Shown one piece after another: positions 10,237 to 19,203 of a stretch of 64,000 nt of DNA (within the stretch, counting starts at the first letter, position 1; every line of letters begins with the position of its first letter). The notes under the pieces are model-generated. The model had not been told where the DNA came from, did no database searches, and saw nothing but the letters and a program-made list of their open reading frames with translations. The position numbers and the translations under genes were made by a program. Source of the stretch: an uncultured virus (IMG/VR IMGVR_UViG_3300025133_000081) (Duplodnaviria; Heunggongvirae; Uroviricota; Caudoviricetes; Crassvirales); IMG/VR virus record IMGVR_UViG_3300025133_000081, one strand, 5' to 3'.

Positions 10237-10691
10237 TAGAGTAACTTCAATAGTGTTAATACAAATATAGTCACCATACCCGAGATTCCTACAAAGGCTT
10301 GTATAGACCTGGAGACAGGTGTCATAAATTTAGTTAGTTTAGCAGTAGAGGATTCACTTTGATCCCACCACCGCTTTTTATAGATCAAAGGACTTAATTC
10401 ATTCCTCTGAGTATAGTACATTCCGTTATGGAAGAAGCTGAATACCAATGGTAGACAGACCGCAGTGACCCCTGCAGATATAGGACCATGTGCAAACAGG
10501 GTTCCTAAACATAATCCAATTACTACGAATGCTCTCTGTATTGTAAAGAAGAAGTGCTCATTCAGGCCAGTCTTCTTATAACGAAGTCTAAAGTGCCAAT
10601 ACATTCCTTCTCGCTGTCCTTCTAGAATAGCGTAAGCAATGAATGATAATAGTGCTGATAAGATCATCTTCCTTCTGGGTATTTGGTCCAA
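10236..10691 (-). CDS. Hypothetical membrane protein
   Basis: Several hydrophobic segments; FSFFHNGMYY.QRN motif. Confidence 0.55.
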   Translation of the reverse strand: MDQIPRRKMILSALLSFIAYAILEGQREGMYWHFRLRYKKTGLNEHFFFTIQRAFVVIGLCLGTLFAHGPISAGVTAVCLPLVFSFFHNGMYYTQRNELSPLIYKKRWWDQSESSTAKLTKFMTPVSRSIQAFVGISGMVTIFVLTLLKLL

Positions 10692-10969
10692 GGTCTGTTA
10701 AACCACATCTGCAATGCTGTCCATTGTTTGATGAAAGGCCAGTTCTCTCTACCTGTGTCTTTACCTCTTATCATATTAACAGGTATTCCTATCAGTAGTG
10801 ATAACACTATGAATAATGCAAAAGGAGATACTGCAACAATAGCTGCAATATTAAACCCTGTACTTACGTCCCCTACAGTAAAATAACCTACGGTAGCAAG
10901 TATAGCTCCTAATATCATCAGGTCAACTATGATCCCATGCTTTGTTAAAAACCATTTTAAATGTCTCAA
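10664..10969 (-). CDS. Hypothetical two-TM membrane protein
   Basis: Two hydrophobic helices; overlaps both neighbours. Confidence 0.5.
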   Translation of the reverse strand: MRHLKWFLTKHGIIVDLMILGAILATVGYFTVGDVSTGFNIAAIVAVSPFALFIVLSLLIGIPVNMIRGKDTGRENWPFIKQWTALQMWFNRPWTKYPEGR

Positions 10970-12126
10970 AACAATATTCGATCTTGTGAAATTCGTGTCC
11001 CGTACTTCTCTACAACCTCAAAGTCAACTCCTGCTTTACCTGAACCATAGTTTGTGTGAATCCATTTTGATGATCCATACAATGACATACAGTTCTTATA
11101 TCGGAATCTTTTGCCATACTCACAGGCAGACTGATGTAGATCTCCTTTTATAAAGTGTATCTGCTTACTTCTTATTTCCTTTATGTTGATATAATCATTT
11201 ATATAATTCTCCGCTACAGGAGTTAATTTAAATGGTAAACCAGTTCTCATATCTTCTTCATCTTTACCATGAGAAACTATATAAGTATGATTTCCATATT
11301 CAAAGTGGTCCATGAACTTATCAATGACCATTCTATCTATCTCGGGATACTTTACTTCTAAATATATATCCACCGCTCTATTGGCACAATATCCGAAAGA
11401 ACCACTATGATTGTCATTAGTTACAGCGACAAACTTTATATTATTGGTTATTCCCATCTTTACCAGGGAATCAAAAAACTTTCTATGTACCTTTACGTAT
11501 GCATCAAACTGTTCTCTATCTGTCATGTTCTGAGGAAGACCATGTCCACCTCTTGTAGTGTATCCTCCGAAACCATCTAAAGGATCTCCTAGATCCATCA
11601 GTGCTACGGTATCAAATCTACCATGCATTCTATATTGAGCGTATGCCTCTTCCAGTACCTTTTCCATACGAGCCTCGAAGATCTTAGCATCATATGGATT
11701 CTTATACATACTCTGTTCCTTTGTCTCTGCTCCTACATGCTTATCTGATGTAAATAGGAACAGTCCTTTTTTATTGGTAACAGATTTCTTGGGTAACTTC
11801 CAAGGTTTAATTGTTTCTTCGAGAGCTTCTTTTACTTGCTTTCTAAGGTCTTCTTGATCTACTGCAGATCCTTTTGCCTTTTCATAGCTATACTTGGTTT
11901 CTCCTCCTGGTCCGTCCCACATGGACTTGATGACCATACCTACAGGAACACTTTTATTCTCTTCCTCTCGTCTTGCTTTTAGTTCTTTACGTACTCCTTT
12001 AGCGACTTCTCTTACATGTTCTACATCTACCTGAAAACGTTTCGCTACTCGTTTTAAATTCTTCAGGTATCCTGGTTTACTTATTAGGAAGTCAAAGACT
12101 TCTCCTTCAATCGTATTTTCCTTCAT
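10966..12126 (-). CDS. Calcineurin-like metallophosphoesterase
   Basis: SDKHVG, DLGDPLDG, NDNH, SHG and GDLH metal-binding motifs. Confidence 0.8.
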   Translation of the reverse strand: MKENTIEGEVFDFLISKPGYLKNLKRVAKRFQVDVEHVREVAKGVRKELKARREEENKSVPVGMVIKSMWDGPGGETKYSYEKAKGSAVDQEDLRKQVKEALEETIKPWKLPKKSVTNKKGLFLFTSDKHVGAETKEQSMYKNPYDAKIFEARMEKVLEEAYAQYRMHGRFDTVALMDLGDPLDGFGGYTTRGGHGLPQNMTDREQFDAYVKVHRKFFDSLVKMGITNNIKFVAVTNDNHSGSFGYCANRAVDIYLEVKYPEIDRMVIDKFMDHFEYGNHTYIVSHGKDEEDMRTGLPFKLTPVAENYINDYINIKEIRSKQIHFIKGDLHQSACEYGKRFRYKNCMSLYGSSKWIHTNYGSGKAGVDFEVVEKYGTRISQDRILF

Positions 12127-12159
12127 TTGATAGGTTAGTATCAGTAAAGGGCTGCAGTG

Positions 12160-12191
12160 CTAATATACAAAAAAATTTGGACATATGCAAG
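12160..12191 (-). promoter_or_regulatory. sigmaA-like promoter CTTG-N20-TATATTAG
   Basis: Same architecture and spacing as the promoters at 4119 and 35250; lies 33 nt upstream of the phosphoesterase ATG. Confidence 0.65.
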
Positions 12192-12200
12192 AAAAAGATA

Positions 12201-12602
12201 TTATTTATTTAAATACTCTATTGCTTCTAACAATAATAAAGTATTATCTTTAAACTTTCCTAGTCCATGATTACAATGATCACATAAAAGTCCTCTCACT
12301 TTACCACTAATATGACAGTGATCTATTGAAAGGACTCTTGGTAACTTGTCTTCATGTGTCTTACATATTGCACACTTATAATCCTGTTCTTGTCTTAGTT
12401 TATTATAATCATCCATTGTTATTCCATACATACATTTTATGTACCTCTCCTTATTAATTTTAGGAGTAATGGATTTTTTATTAACTATCTTCTGGTATTC
12501 TCTTAAACATACCTTACAAGTATAAGCGTATCCTGTTTTAGTTCTATTATTTTTATAAAATTCTAATACATCTTTATCTTCTTTACATTTAGAACAAACC
12601 AT
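12201..12602 (-). CDS. Endonuclease VII-family HNH nuclease (probable free-standing homing endonuclease)
   Basis: N-terminal CxxC...CxxC, then CAIC...IDHCH..GKVRGLLC..CN.GLG; visibly more AT-rich than its neighbours. Confidence 0.85.
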   Translation of the reverse strand: MVCSKCKEDKDVLEFYKNNRTKTGYAYTCKVCLREYQKIVNKKSITPKINKERYIKCMYGITMDDYNKLRQEQDYKCAICKTHEDKLPRVLSIDHCHISGKVRGLLCDHCNHGLGKFKDNTLLLLEAIEYLNK

Positions 12603-12610
12603 TTTTTTGT

Positions 12611-13117
12611 TTATTTCACTGCTACAGCAATTATTGCAACAAGTTCCAGTACAGCTGCTCCTAAGAGAGCCCAGAACCCTATATTCTTTTTAACAAGTTT
12701 CTTTTCAACTTCCTTTCGTCTCTCAGCTTCCTGTTCCTTTTCTATGTCTACTATTTCTAGAACTTCTCCTGTAAACTCTAATTGAATAACTTTCTCGTTA
12801 TAAGCTGAAGCTAGACTGTCGTAAGATTCTGTTAAGCCTTCTGTTAGTAGAAAACAACTATCAAGATCTTCTTCGACAACAGCCAGTTTTGCAATTGCTT
12901 TATTACCCCGTTCAATTACTTCGAGAGTATTGACCATCCAAGGATAGTTAGCTCTCATCATCTTTTGCTGATGATCTTTTACATATACTACGTCAGTGAC
13001 TGGTATTGTATCCACTGGGAGTTGCTCCTCCGATTCTTGACAATTTCCTATACGCACTGTCGAAACTAATAGTATCAATACCAGCAAATATATCTTCGAA
13101 TTCATCATCGATATCAC
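12611..13117 (-). CDS. Spanin-like protein (signal peptide, coiled coil, C-terminal TM)
   Basis: KIYLLVLILLVSTVRIGNC-QES signal, coiled coil, terminal hydrophobic helix; overlaps the upstream gene by about 125 nt in another frame; next to the endolysin. Confidence 0.45.
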   Translation of the reverse strand: MISMMNSKIYLLVLILLVSTVRIGNCQESEEQLPVDTIPVTDVVYVKDHQQKMMRANYPWMVNTLEVIERGNKAIAKLAVVEEDLDSCFLLTEGLTESYDSLASAYNEKVIQLEFTGEVLEIVDIEKEQEAERRKEVEKKLVKKNIGFWALLGAAVLELVAIIAVAVK

Positions 13118-13415
13118 TAGTTTTCTTTTGATTACTTTCTTTTAACTTCTTTATACTTGTTCTATACTTCTCCTGCATTTCTGTTGCAGCCTCTACTGCT
13201 ACCATCTCTCGTTCCTCTGAGAGTAACAGAAGGTCTTCCAATTCTGCCTTCTGGTGTCTGAGGTAATCATTTTCTATATATGTCTTATAGGTCTCATTAC
13301 TTCCTACAAGTATTCCAGCAACAAGTAGAACAACTGCTACAGCTATCACTACTGGTCTCCAATATCTCTGATAGAGACTCTTATTTGTCTGGACTGTATT
13401 TTCCTCCATTACCAC
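12993..13415 (-). CDS. i-spanin-like protein (N-terminal TM plus coiled coil)
   Basis: RPVVIAVAVVLLVAGILV TM followed by a helical region; directly downstream of the endolysin. Confidence 0.5.
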   Translation of the reverse strand: MVMEENTVQTNKSLYQRYWRPVVIAVAVVLLVAGILVGSNETYKTYIENDYLRHQKAELEDLLLLSEEREMVAVEAATEMQEKYRTSIKKLKESNQKKTSDIDDEFEDIFAGIDTISFDSAYRKLSRIGGATPSGYNTSH

Positions 13416-13839
13416 ATATCTCTACAATAGTACCATTACCTATGAATGTCATCAGTTTCTTAAAGGTCTTCTTAGAAGAAGTGATGTCCCTAAGACCATC
13501 ACCATCTATATCTAAATGAGCTTTCCCTGTGAGTACACAGCCTCTTATGTCTGGATGACCTGTACGAGGATTCTTTGAGCCAGCATAATTACCCCAATGG
13601 ATAAGTATCAGACTCCTTCCATCAACTTCTGTAATATGTATATGATCCTTATATTTAGCAGATGTCCTTGCCTTCCCTCTATAAACTCCTTCTGGTATAC
13701 AACTCACGCTACGCTCATTGTTTCTCCAAGGAAGTTCTAATGTCTTACACTGAAATACAAGCTTACCAGTATTATCAAACACAGCCGCATGACCTAGTGT
13801 TTGATGCTTCTCATAAGTTCTGTCGATAAGTAATTTCAT
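13381..13839 (-). CDS. Putative endolysin, DUF5675-like cysteine peptidase / L,D-transpeptidase fold
   Basis: TLELPW.NN...SCIPEG.Y, ILIHWGN and GC.L.G motifs; probable start MKLLIDR at 13839 rather than the track start 13896. Confidence 0.75.
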   Translation of the reverse strand: MKLLIDRTYEKHQTLGHAAVFDNTGKLVFQCKTLELPWRNNERSVSCIPEGVYRGKARTSAKYKDHIHITEVDGRSLILIHWGNYAGSKNPRTGHPDIRGCVLTGKAHLDIDGDGLRDITSSKKTFKKLMTFIGNGTIVEICGNGGKYSPDK

Positions 13840-13963
13840 TCGTCTTAACCTTTTTAAATTTGTTAACGTCAGTGTATTTGCATTTATTATTTTCACATGT
13901 ACATTCTACGGGAGCAGATGTACACCAGCCTTTAGGTTTATTATTATCTTTTCGCTTTCCCAA
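13811..13963 (-). CDS. Small 50-aa Cys-containing protein (not in ORF track)
   Basis: TTG start 1 nt after the upstream stop: MGKRKDNNKPKGWCTSAPVECTCENNKCKYTDVNKFKKVKTNEITYRQNL; fills the gap and overlaps the endolysin start. Confidence 0.45.
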   Translation of the reverse strand: MGKRKDNNKPKGWCTSAPVECTCENNKCKYTDVNKFKKVKTNEITYRQNL

Positions 13964-13964
13964 A

Positions 13965-14630
13965 TTATGCTATTGGTTTAGGAGCATATTTATTACCAGA
14001 GCAGTTATCACCGCAATAGTCTTTTAGTCCTCTTTCTATTACTTCACATATCTCAGCTCCTGTGAGACAATTATATTTATGATCAGTGGTCTCTACAATA
14101 GTTTCATCAAGCTCAGTAAAAATGAGACGAGCATATTTCCAACCAGCGGGCCAGAAGGTCAAACCATCGGTAGCAACAGATCCTCCGTAGATATCTATGG
14201 TGAATACATTGTCTTGAAGATAGGTGGCTGTAGTATATACATAGAAGCCATAAGGATGGAACCCACTATTATAAAGCTCTACTATCTCTTGAGCAGCTTC
14301 TGCATCAGTAGTAGCAGTAAGAGTTCTAGGCTCAGCAGGTCCTATGTTTCCTATATCTCCTTCTGTTCCTACAAATTCTACATAAGAAAAAATAGGATCG
14401 ACCCCATCTAACTCTACTGTAAAGGTAAGAGTTATCTTATACCATAGATCATCATACCTGGCACAATGTAATAGATCAGCTGCTGCATGAGCAAAGTTAT
14501 GTCTAGCAGTACAGCATGGATCCAGTGTACCACCTCTAGCATTAAGGAGTAATGGATACCCTTTTTGAGAGAGACAGCAACTATAATTACCTACCGTATT
14601 CCTAATGTCTTGTCGTGTCATATTCCACAC
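13965..14630 (-). CDS. Putative tail hub / fibre attachment protein
   Basis: Cys-rich termini (CC, CC, NCL...C...YCGDNC) around a beta-rich core; structural region. Confidence 0.4.
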   Translation of the reverse strand: MWNMTRQDIRNTVGNYSCCLSQKGYPLLLNARGGTLDPCCTARHNFAHAAADLLHCARYDDLWYKITLTFTVELDGVDPIFSYVEFVGTEGDIGNIGPAEPRTLTATTDAEAAQEIVELYNSGFHPYGFYVYTTATYLQDNVFTIDIYGGSVATDGLTFWPAGWKYARLIFTELDETIVETTDHKYNCLTGAEICEVIERGLKDYCGDNCSGNKYAPKPIA

Positions 14631-14992
14631 TCTTCTAATATACTTGTTGTTAATGTTCCCATAACTCTAGCATAGACCTCTTCAGTCGAATCGTCCAGTG
14701 GGATCTGTTGAATCTCACTCAGCGCATGCTTTGTTATGTGGAATAATTCGTGTATCAGCACTCCTGTAGCTCTTGCATCATCTGGTACATGAGGCATCCA
14801 TAGTAATGATTCTCCACTAGGAAGTATCATTGTCGAACCCTCACAGTTACTTAGATCATTTGTGTAGACCACATACTCTGCACACTCCTCACCTAACTCT
14901 TCTTCTATTACTTTATATAATGCTTCTTCAGAAGAGAAGATACATCTGAGCTCATAGTCCCAGAAATCTATTTTCACTTTAAAATCAATCAT
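14618..14992 (-). CDS. Small zincin-like metallopeptidase-fold protein
   Basis: LIHELFH (HExxH) with downstream EEVYA. Confidence 0.6.
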   Translation of the reverse strand: MIDFKVKIDFWDYELRCIFSSEEALYKVIEEELGEECAEYVVYTNDLSNCEGSTMILPSGESLLWMPHVPDDARATGVLIHELFHITKHALSEIQQIPLDDSTEEVYARVMGTLTTSILEECGI

Positions 14993-15048
14993 ATTTTTAT
15001 TTTGAATATAATCAATTTTTCTGACAATAACTGTCAGCTGGATGACAA

Positions 15049-15348
15049 TTATGGATATCCAATGATCGCTCCAGATGTAAGAGTAACTACCTTAAAGGCA
15101 ACTCCTTCAGGTGCTGTTATCAATGCTCCTGCTTTTAAAGTAGAGGTCCCTAAATTATATAGGGCAACATAATCCACATCATCAGATCCTGTAAGAACAG
15201 CTATGACACTATCTTCCTGTACTATAATAGTAGCAGCAGGTGCGCCTAAAGTATCTGTACCTGAAGCATAGAATGATCCTCTAGTACCTAGTAATCTAGT
15301 TCCTAAGAGACCCATGAATTTAAAAGCTTCTGTTTGAAAAGTATTCAT
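15049..15348 (-). CDS. Small beta-rich structural protein
   Basis: 99 aa, rich in A/G/T/V; C-terminal TLTSGAIIGY. Confidence 0.5.
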   Translation of the reverse strand: MNTFQTEAFKFMGLLGTRLLGTRGSFYASGTDTLGAPAATIIVQEDSVIAVLTGSDDVDYVALYNLGTSTLKAGALITAPEGVAFKVVTLTSGAIIGYP

Positions 15349-15363
15349 TTCTTTGATTTAAAA

Positions 15364-15804
15364 TTATTTAATATTTCGCTTAAAAGTATTTTCAATTGTT
15401 TCTTTTAAAGCATTCCATAGATCTATTCCAGTGATAGTTCCTATATTCTCCATATTAGATTTGAACTCTACTACTCCTATGTAGCCAGCTGTTATCTGAG
15501 AAACAGGTAACCAAGGGATAAATACTATTTCTACCATACGACTTAACAGTATGGCTAGAGCATAAAAGATTATTTTAGTGACTGTTCTTGATAGTCCTCT
15601 TGAATGGATCTCCTCTCCTCTGGTCTGAGCTGCTCTTACACCTGTATAAACATCAGTCATTATAAGAATTCCTATTGCTATTAAACTTCCTACTATTGGA
15701 GTAAAAAAGAATATGAGATATGGTAACCCTAACTTTAATAAAGTAGGCCATTTAAATACATGTGGGTACATACTAGTTGGATTATTATTCGTCAATGCTT
15801 TCAA
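15364..15804 (-). CDS. Holin (phage holin family 4-like)
   Basis: Three TM segments; D..TGV.AA...E.I.SR...RT..K and E..S..EN motifs. Confidence 0.8.
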   Translation of the reverse strand: MKALTNNNPTSMYPHVFKWPTLLKLGLPYLIFFFTPIVGSLIAIGILIMTDVYTGVRAAQTRGEEIHSRGLSRTVTKIIFYALAILLSRMVEIVFIPWLPVSQITAGYIGVVEFKSNMENIGTITGIDLWNALKETIENTFKRNIK

Positions 15805-16165
15805 GAGAATGATCTTTTCCGAGGATATTCAATATCTTAGTAAATCGTTGTCCTGCTTTAGTAAGAGTTCCGTCTCGTTCATTTCTACCTGTAATATCAG
15901 ATATAGTATCATCCTCGTCACCGTACTGATACCCTTCTTCTGTTATCATTACTTTATTAAGCACATCTCCTACCCATATGTTAGCATACTGGTCTATAGA
16001 GACTGCTGACTTATACATTCTAGTGCCTATAGCATACCAGGCTTCTCTTATGTTAGAGAACGCTGTGTAGAATCCTCCTATTACAGATAGAGGTATAAAG
16101 ACTATCCTGCTTAATAGCAACCAAGCCATTCCTTCTAATAGTCCTTTCCTCTGTCCTACTTTCAT
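15785..16165 (-). CDS. Conserved phage membrane-associated protein next to the holin
   Basis: N-terminal TM; SIDQYAN...G..D.TIS...G.N...L..L..DH motif. Confidence 0.55.
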   Translation of the reverse strand: MKVGQRKGLLEGMAWLLLSRIVFIPLSVIGGFYTAFSNIREAWYAIGTRMYKSAVSIDQYANIWVGDVLNKVMITEEGYQYGDEDDTISDITGRNERDGTLTKAGQRFTKILNILGKDHSLESIDE

Positions 16166-17166
16166 GACACTGCTTTTGCTATCTGATCGTCTACAATTTG
16201 GTCTACTGCAGTTCTTACCTGTGCTGCTGTCAATACTTTAGTACCTATCTTTGCAGCAGTATCGTAAGACACTCCTAAGCCTACATCGTCCGTTGCAGGG
16301 TGGTCAGCAGGTGCTCCTGAAGCATCTGCTAATACAAGTTCCGACCTGTCTTCCTGTTGTACTGTTGCAAAGCAATCAGCAGCAGTGTTGTTAAATACTA
16401 CCTTACCTTCTATAGGAACGGTCTGATAACCATTATAATCTATGTTCTTTACAATAACTCTACCTGATTTTGTAGGTGAACCGTAGACTGAGCATGATTG
16501 CTCTCCTGAATAAGCAGTTCCTGAAAGGGTTATATCCCCCGTAGTGTCTCCATGTATTCCCCACGTATTAATAGACGTCCCTGCATACGCGCTACCCGTA
16601 ACATCCGCTGTTCCTGAACTTGTAATATGAAGTGCGCCTGTTCCATCGTCTGCACCTCCAAAACAATTTCCTGTAAGGTCTATATTTCCAGAAGAAGAGT
16701 GTAATGCTGCTTGACCGTTTCCTGTTGCTGCATATACATCGCCTACCACTATACCTTTAAAGTATGCCGCCCCGCGATAATCACCACCGTAAATATTACC
16801 TGTAATGTCGCCACCTGCTGCCCCGTTGAAATCAGTTCCGTTTCCTCCGTTTCTCCAACCACCGTAAATATCACCTATGATGGTCAATATGTTGGTTGCG
16901 TCATTATTATCTATACAAAGAGATGAACCTGCAACGATGTCACAGGTAAGAACTATTGCGCTTCCACTGTTAGGTTTATCAAACTCACCACCTGCGGAAG
17001 CCGTAGCACCTGATGCGGTGGTTAACACATCACAGGTTACATCTTCGTCCAATGTCACTGTAAAACCATTTGCGTGAGCCGTGTCACCTGTGGTCGGTTT
17101 TGTACCACCATTCCAATTAGCCGCTGTCGACCAATTACCGTTTGCTATAGGATATTTTTCTGCCAT
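16162..17166 (-). CDS. Beta-helix fibre/spike protein, paralogue B
   Basis: Gly/Thr/Asn-rich repeats (ITGNIYGG, LTGNCFGG, VTGSAYAG); N-terminus very similar to 17169..18188. Confidence 0.65.
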   Translation of the reverse strand: MAEKYPIANGNWSTAANWNGGTKPTTGDTAHANGFTVTLDEDVTCDVLTTASGATASAGGEFDKPNSGSAIVLTCDIVAGSSLCIDNNDATNILTIIGDIYGGWRNGGNGTDFNGAAGGDITGNIYGGDYRGAAYFKGIVVGDVYAATGNGQAALHSSSGNIDLTGNCFGGADDGTGALHITSSGTADVTGSAYAGTSINTWGIHGDTTGDITLSGTAYSGEQSCSVYGSPTKSGRVIVKNIDYNGYQTVPIEGKVVFNNTAADCFATVQQEDRSELVLADASGAPADHPATDDVGLGVSYDTAAKIGTKVLTAAQVRTAVDQIVDDQIAKAVS

Positions 17167-17168
17167 GA

Positions 17169-18188
17169 TTAAGGTATATTAGATGCTAATGTGTCCCCCA
17201 CTACTTTTGCAACTCCGTCAATTATCTGACCTGTAGTAAGTTCTGCTGTTCCTGTTTTAGCTCCGTAAGCATAAGATACCCCTTCGCTTACATCTGCTTC
17301 AGCAGGATAGTCAGGTGTTCCTGATTGTGAGGCATCGTCCATTATTAACTCCGAACCGTCTTCCTGTTCAACAGTTAGAGAAACAAGTGACGCGTCATTC
17401 GCAAAGAAAACCTTTCCTGACGCAGGAAAGAAGTCTGAGCCATTATAGTCCATTGCAGTTACTATTACGCCACTGGCTTTTGCAGGATTTGACCAAACAG
17501 CAGAAGATGTGGCACTTGAATAAGCTGTACCATCCATTGTTACTATACCATTACTACTATTCATCAATCCCCAAGCGTTAGATGCAGTTCCTCCATACGC
17601 ATCTCCTACTATTGTAGCTGTACCTACTCCTGTAATATTAACTGCGGCTGATGTCGCATCACTTCCTCCGTACATATCTCCTGTTACATCTACGTGTCCG
17701 TAAGCAGTGTGTAATCCATAGGCAGCGTTACCACCTCCCTGATAAATATCTCCTATAACAGTACCTTGAAAATAAGATACTGCTTGAGTACTTGTTTTAT
17801 TTCCTGATGTAAGCGTTCCCGTAATGTGACCTCCTGCTGAACCATTGAAATCAATCCCCATCTTGCTATTGGTAGTAGAACTTCCTGTAATGTCTCCTAC
17901 GACAACAAGCCTGTGTGTATGATTATTGTAATCTACACAAGGAGTTGAACCTGCTAATATATTACAGGTCAGTGTTATTGGGTTTCCTGTGGTCGGATTA
18001 TCAAATTCACCACCTGCGGAAGCTGTAGCCCCTGCTGTAGTGGTTATCATGTCGCACGTTACGTCCTCGTCTAAAGTAATGGTGTACCCGTTAGCATGAG
18101 CAGTATCCCCTGTTGTGGGCTTTACTCCTCCGTTCCAATTGGCATCATCACTCCAAAGTCCGTTTGCACTTGGGTATTTCTCAGCCAT
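17169..18188 (-). CDS. Beta-helix fibre/spike protein, paralogue A
   Basis: Same architecture (VIGDIYQG, VTGDMYGG, IVGDAYGG); tandem duplicate. Confidence 0.65.
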   Translation of the reverse strand: MAEKYPSANGLWSDDANWNGGVKPTTGDTAHANGYTITLDEDVTCDMITTTAGATASAGGEFDNPTTGNPITLTCNILAGSTPCVDYNNHTHRLVVVGDITGSSTTNSKMGIDFNGSAGGHITGTLTSGNKTSTQAVSYFQGTVIGDIYQGGGNAAYGLHTAYGHVDVTGDMYGGSDATSAAVNITGVGTATIVGDAYGGTASNAWGLMNSSNGIVTMDGTAYSSATSSAVWSNPAKASGVIVTAMDYNGSDFFPASGKVFFANDASLVSLTVEQEDGSELIMDDASQSGTPDYPAEADVSEGVSYAYGAKTGTAELTTGQIIDGVAKVVGDTLASNIP

Positions 18189-18190
18189 GA

Positions 18191-18493
18191 TTAATAGTCT
18201 TTAGCGTTAGCGTAATTCTGTATCGCATACTGAATTGTTCCGAAAGCAGTAAGCGCATCCGAGTCACCATCCTTTGCTACATCTGCTAAGGAAAGTTTTG
18301 CGAAGGGCTTTTCAGAGATAAAAGTATCTCCGTTCTCTACTACTGTTCCGAAGAACTTAATGTTCACGGTAGTAGGCATCGAATCAGGCATTCTCACTCT
18401 TAGAGGAGAAGTACTGAAAGCTACCGTGAAGTCTGTGAAGGTCTTAAGATTACCGTTTTGGTCCTTTCCTTCATATGGGTTGTTAAGTGTCAT
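18191..18493 (-). CDS. Hypothetical protein (fibre-associated/chaperone?)
   Basis: 100-aa ORF tightly packed in the operon. Confidence 0.5.
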   Translation of the reverse strand: MTLNNPYEGKDQNGNLKTFTDFTVAFSTSPLRVRMPDSMPTTVNIKFFGTVVENGDTFISEKPFAKLSLADVAKDGDSDALTAFGTIQYAIQNYANAKDY

Positions 18494-18497
18494 TTCC

Positions 18498-18737
18498 TTA
18501 AGTATAAGTTTCTGTTAATCTATCATCCCACGCTACACTTGTAGCTGTAGTGATAGTAGTTGTACCGTCTGCGAATACTTCTATTCGACTGATATCCCAA
18601 GCAGCAAGTGATGTAGCTGTTCCTGAAGGAGCCGTCCCCATATAAGAATAAGGATCTACGAAATCATGTTCGCACTCTCCAAGGCCACCTCCACCTCCAC
18701 CTCCGCTTCTGACTGTTTGAATAGTTATTCCTGGCAT
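18498..18737 (-). CDS. Small structural protein
   Basis: Poly-Gly linker then Y.G.A..G..TS...W.I.RI.......WDDR...Y, a recurrent phage structural motif. Confidence 0.55.
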   Translation of the reverse strand: MPGITIQTVRSGGGGGGGLGECEHDFVDPYSYMGTAPSGTATSLAAWDISRIEVFADGTTTITTATSVAWDDRLTETYT

Positions 18738-18982
18738 TATTTCTCTTTTAAATGTTTTTCAATATCATCAAGTCTCCCCATGATCTTCTCCTCAGACTTC
18801 TTTACCAGTCTACTGGCTCGATCATCTACGTACTCGATCTTCATGGTCTGGTTTCTATCAACCAGTTCATTCATTGCAAATGCATGTCTCGCCTCCTCCA
18901 CACTGACAGTCGCTGTCACCAGGAATCCGCATAGGAGGATCACCTCCCCATTTGTCAAGCTCTTCAGTTCCCGAAACGCCAT
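18737..18982 (-). CDS. Hypothetical protein (TM plus coiled coil)
   Basis: 81 aa; coupled to the next gene (TAATG). Confidence 0.45.
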   Translation of the reverse strand: MAFRELKSLTNGEVILLCGFLVTATVSVEEARHAFAMNELVDRNQTMKIEYVDDRASRLVKKSEEKIMGRLDDIEKHLKEK

Positions 18983-19187
18983 ATCTAACTTCCATTATTT
19001 TGTGAAGGTACTTAGGTGCAAAGATAGATATTAAGATCACAAAATCCAAAGCCACGAAGGGCATGGTTATCTCATTATCTTCTTTCACATAGAAGAAATT
19101 AAAAATAAGAAAGAAGCATAACATCATAAAACTATATAATCTTGTGCTACTCTTTTGTCCGTTATTTTCTTCGAAAAATTCTGTCAT
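18867..19187 (-). CDS. Hypothetical two-TM protein (holin-like N-terminus)
   Basis: FFEENNGQKSSTRL then two TM helices; overlaps the next gene. Confidence 0.5.
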   Translation of the reverse strand: MTEFFEENNGQKSSTRLYSFMMLCFFLIFNFFYVKEDNEITMPFVALDFVILISIFAPKYLHKIMEVRYGVSGTEELDKWGGDPPMRIPGDSDCQCGGGETCICNE

Positions 19188-19203
19188 ATAAAGTTAGCCC
19201 TTA

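Noticed and set aside
15003..15037. Possible extra late promoter (TATATTCA) with a ctgaca/tgtcag hairpin
   Set aside because: The -7 box has two mismatches and there is no TTG at the 20-21-nt spacing.
16162..18188. Diversity-generating retroelement or invertible tail-fibre cassette
   Set aside because: No reverse transcriptase or recombinase in the window; the genes are direct paralogues and differences are not adenine-specific.
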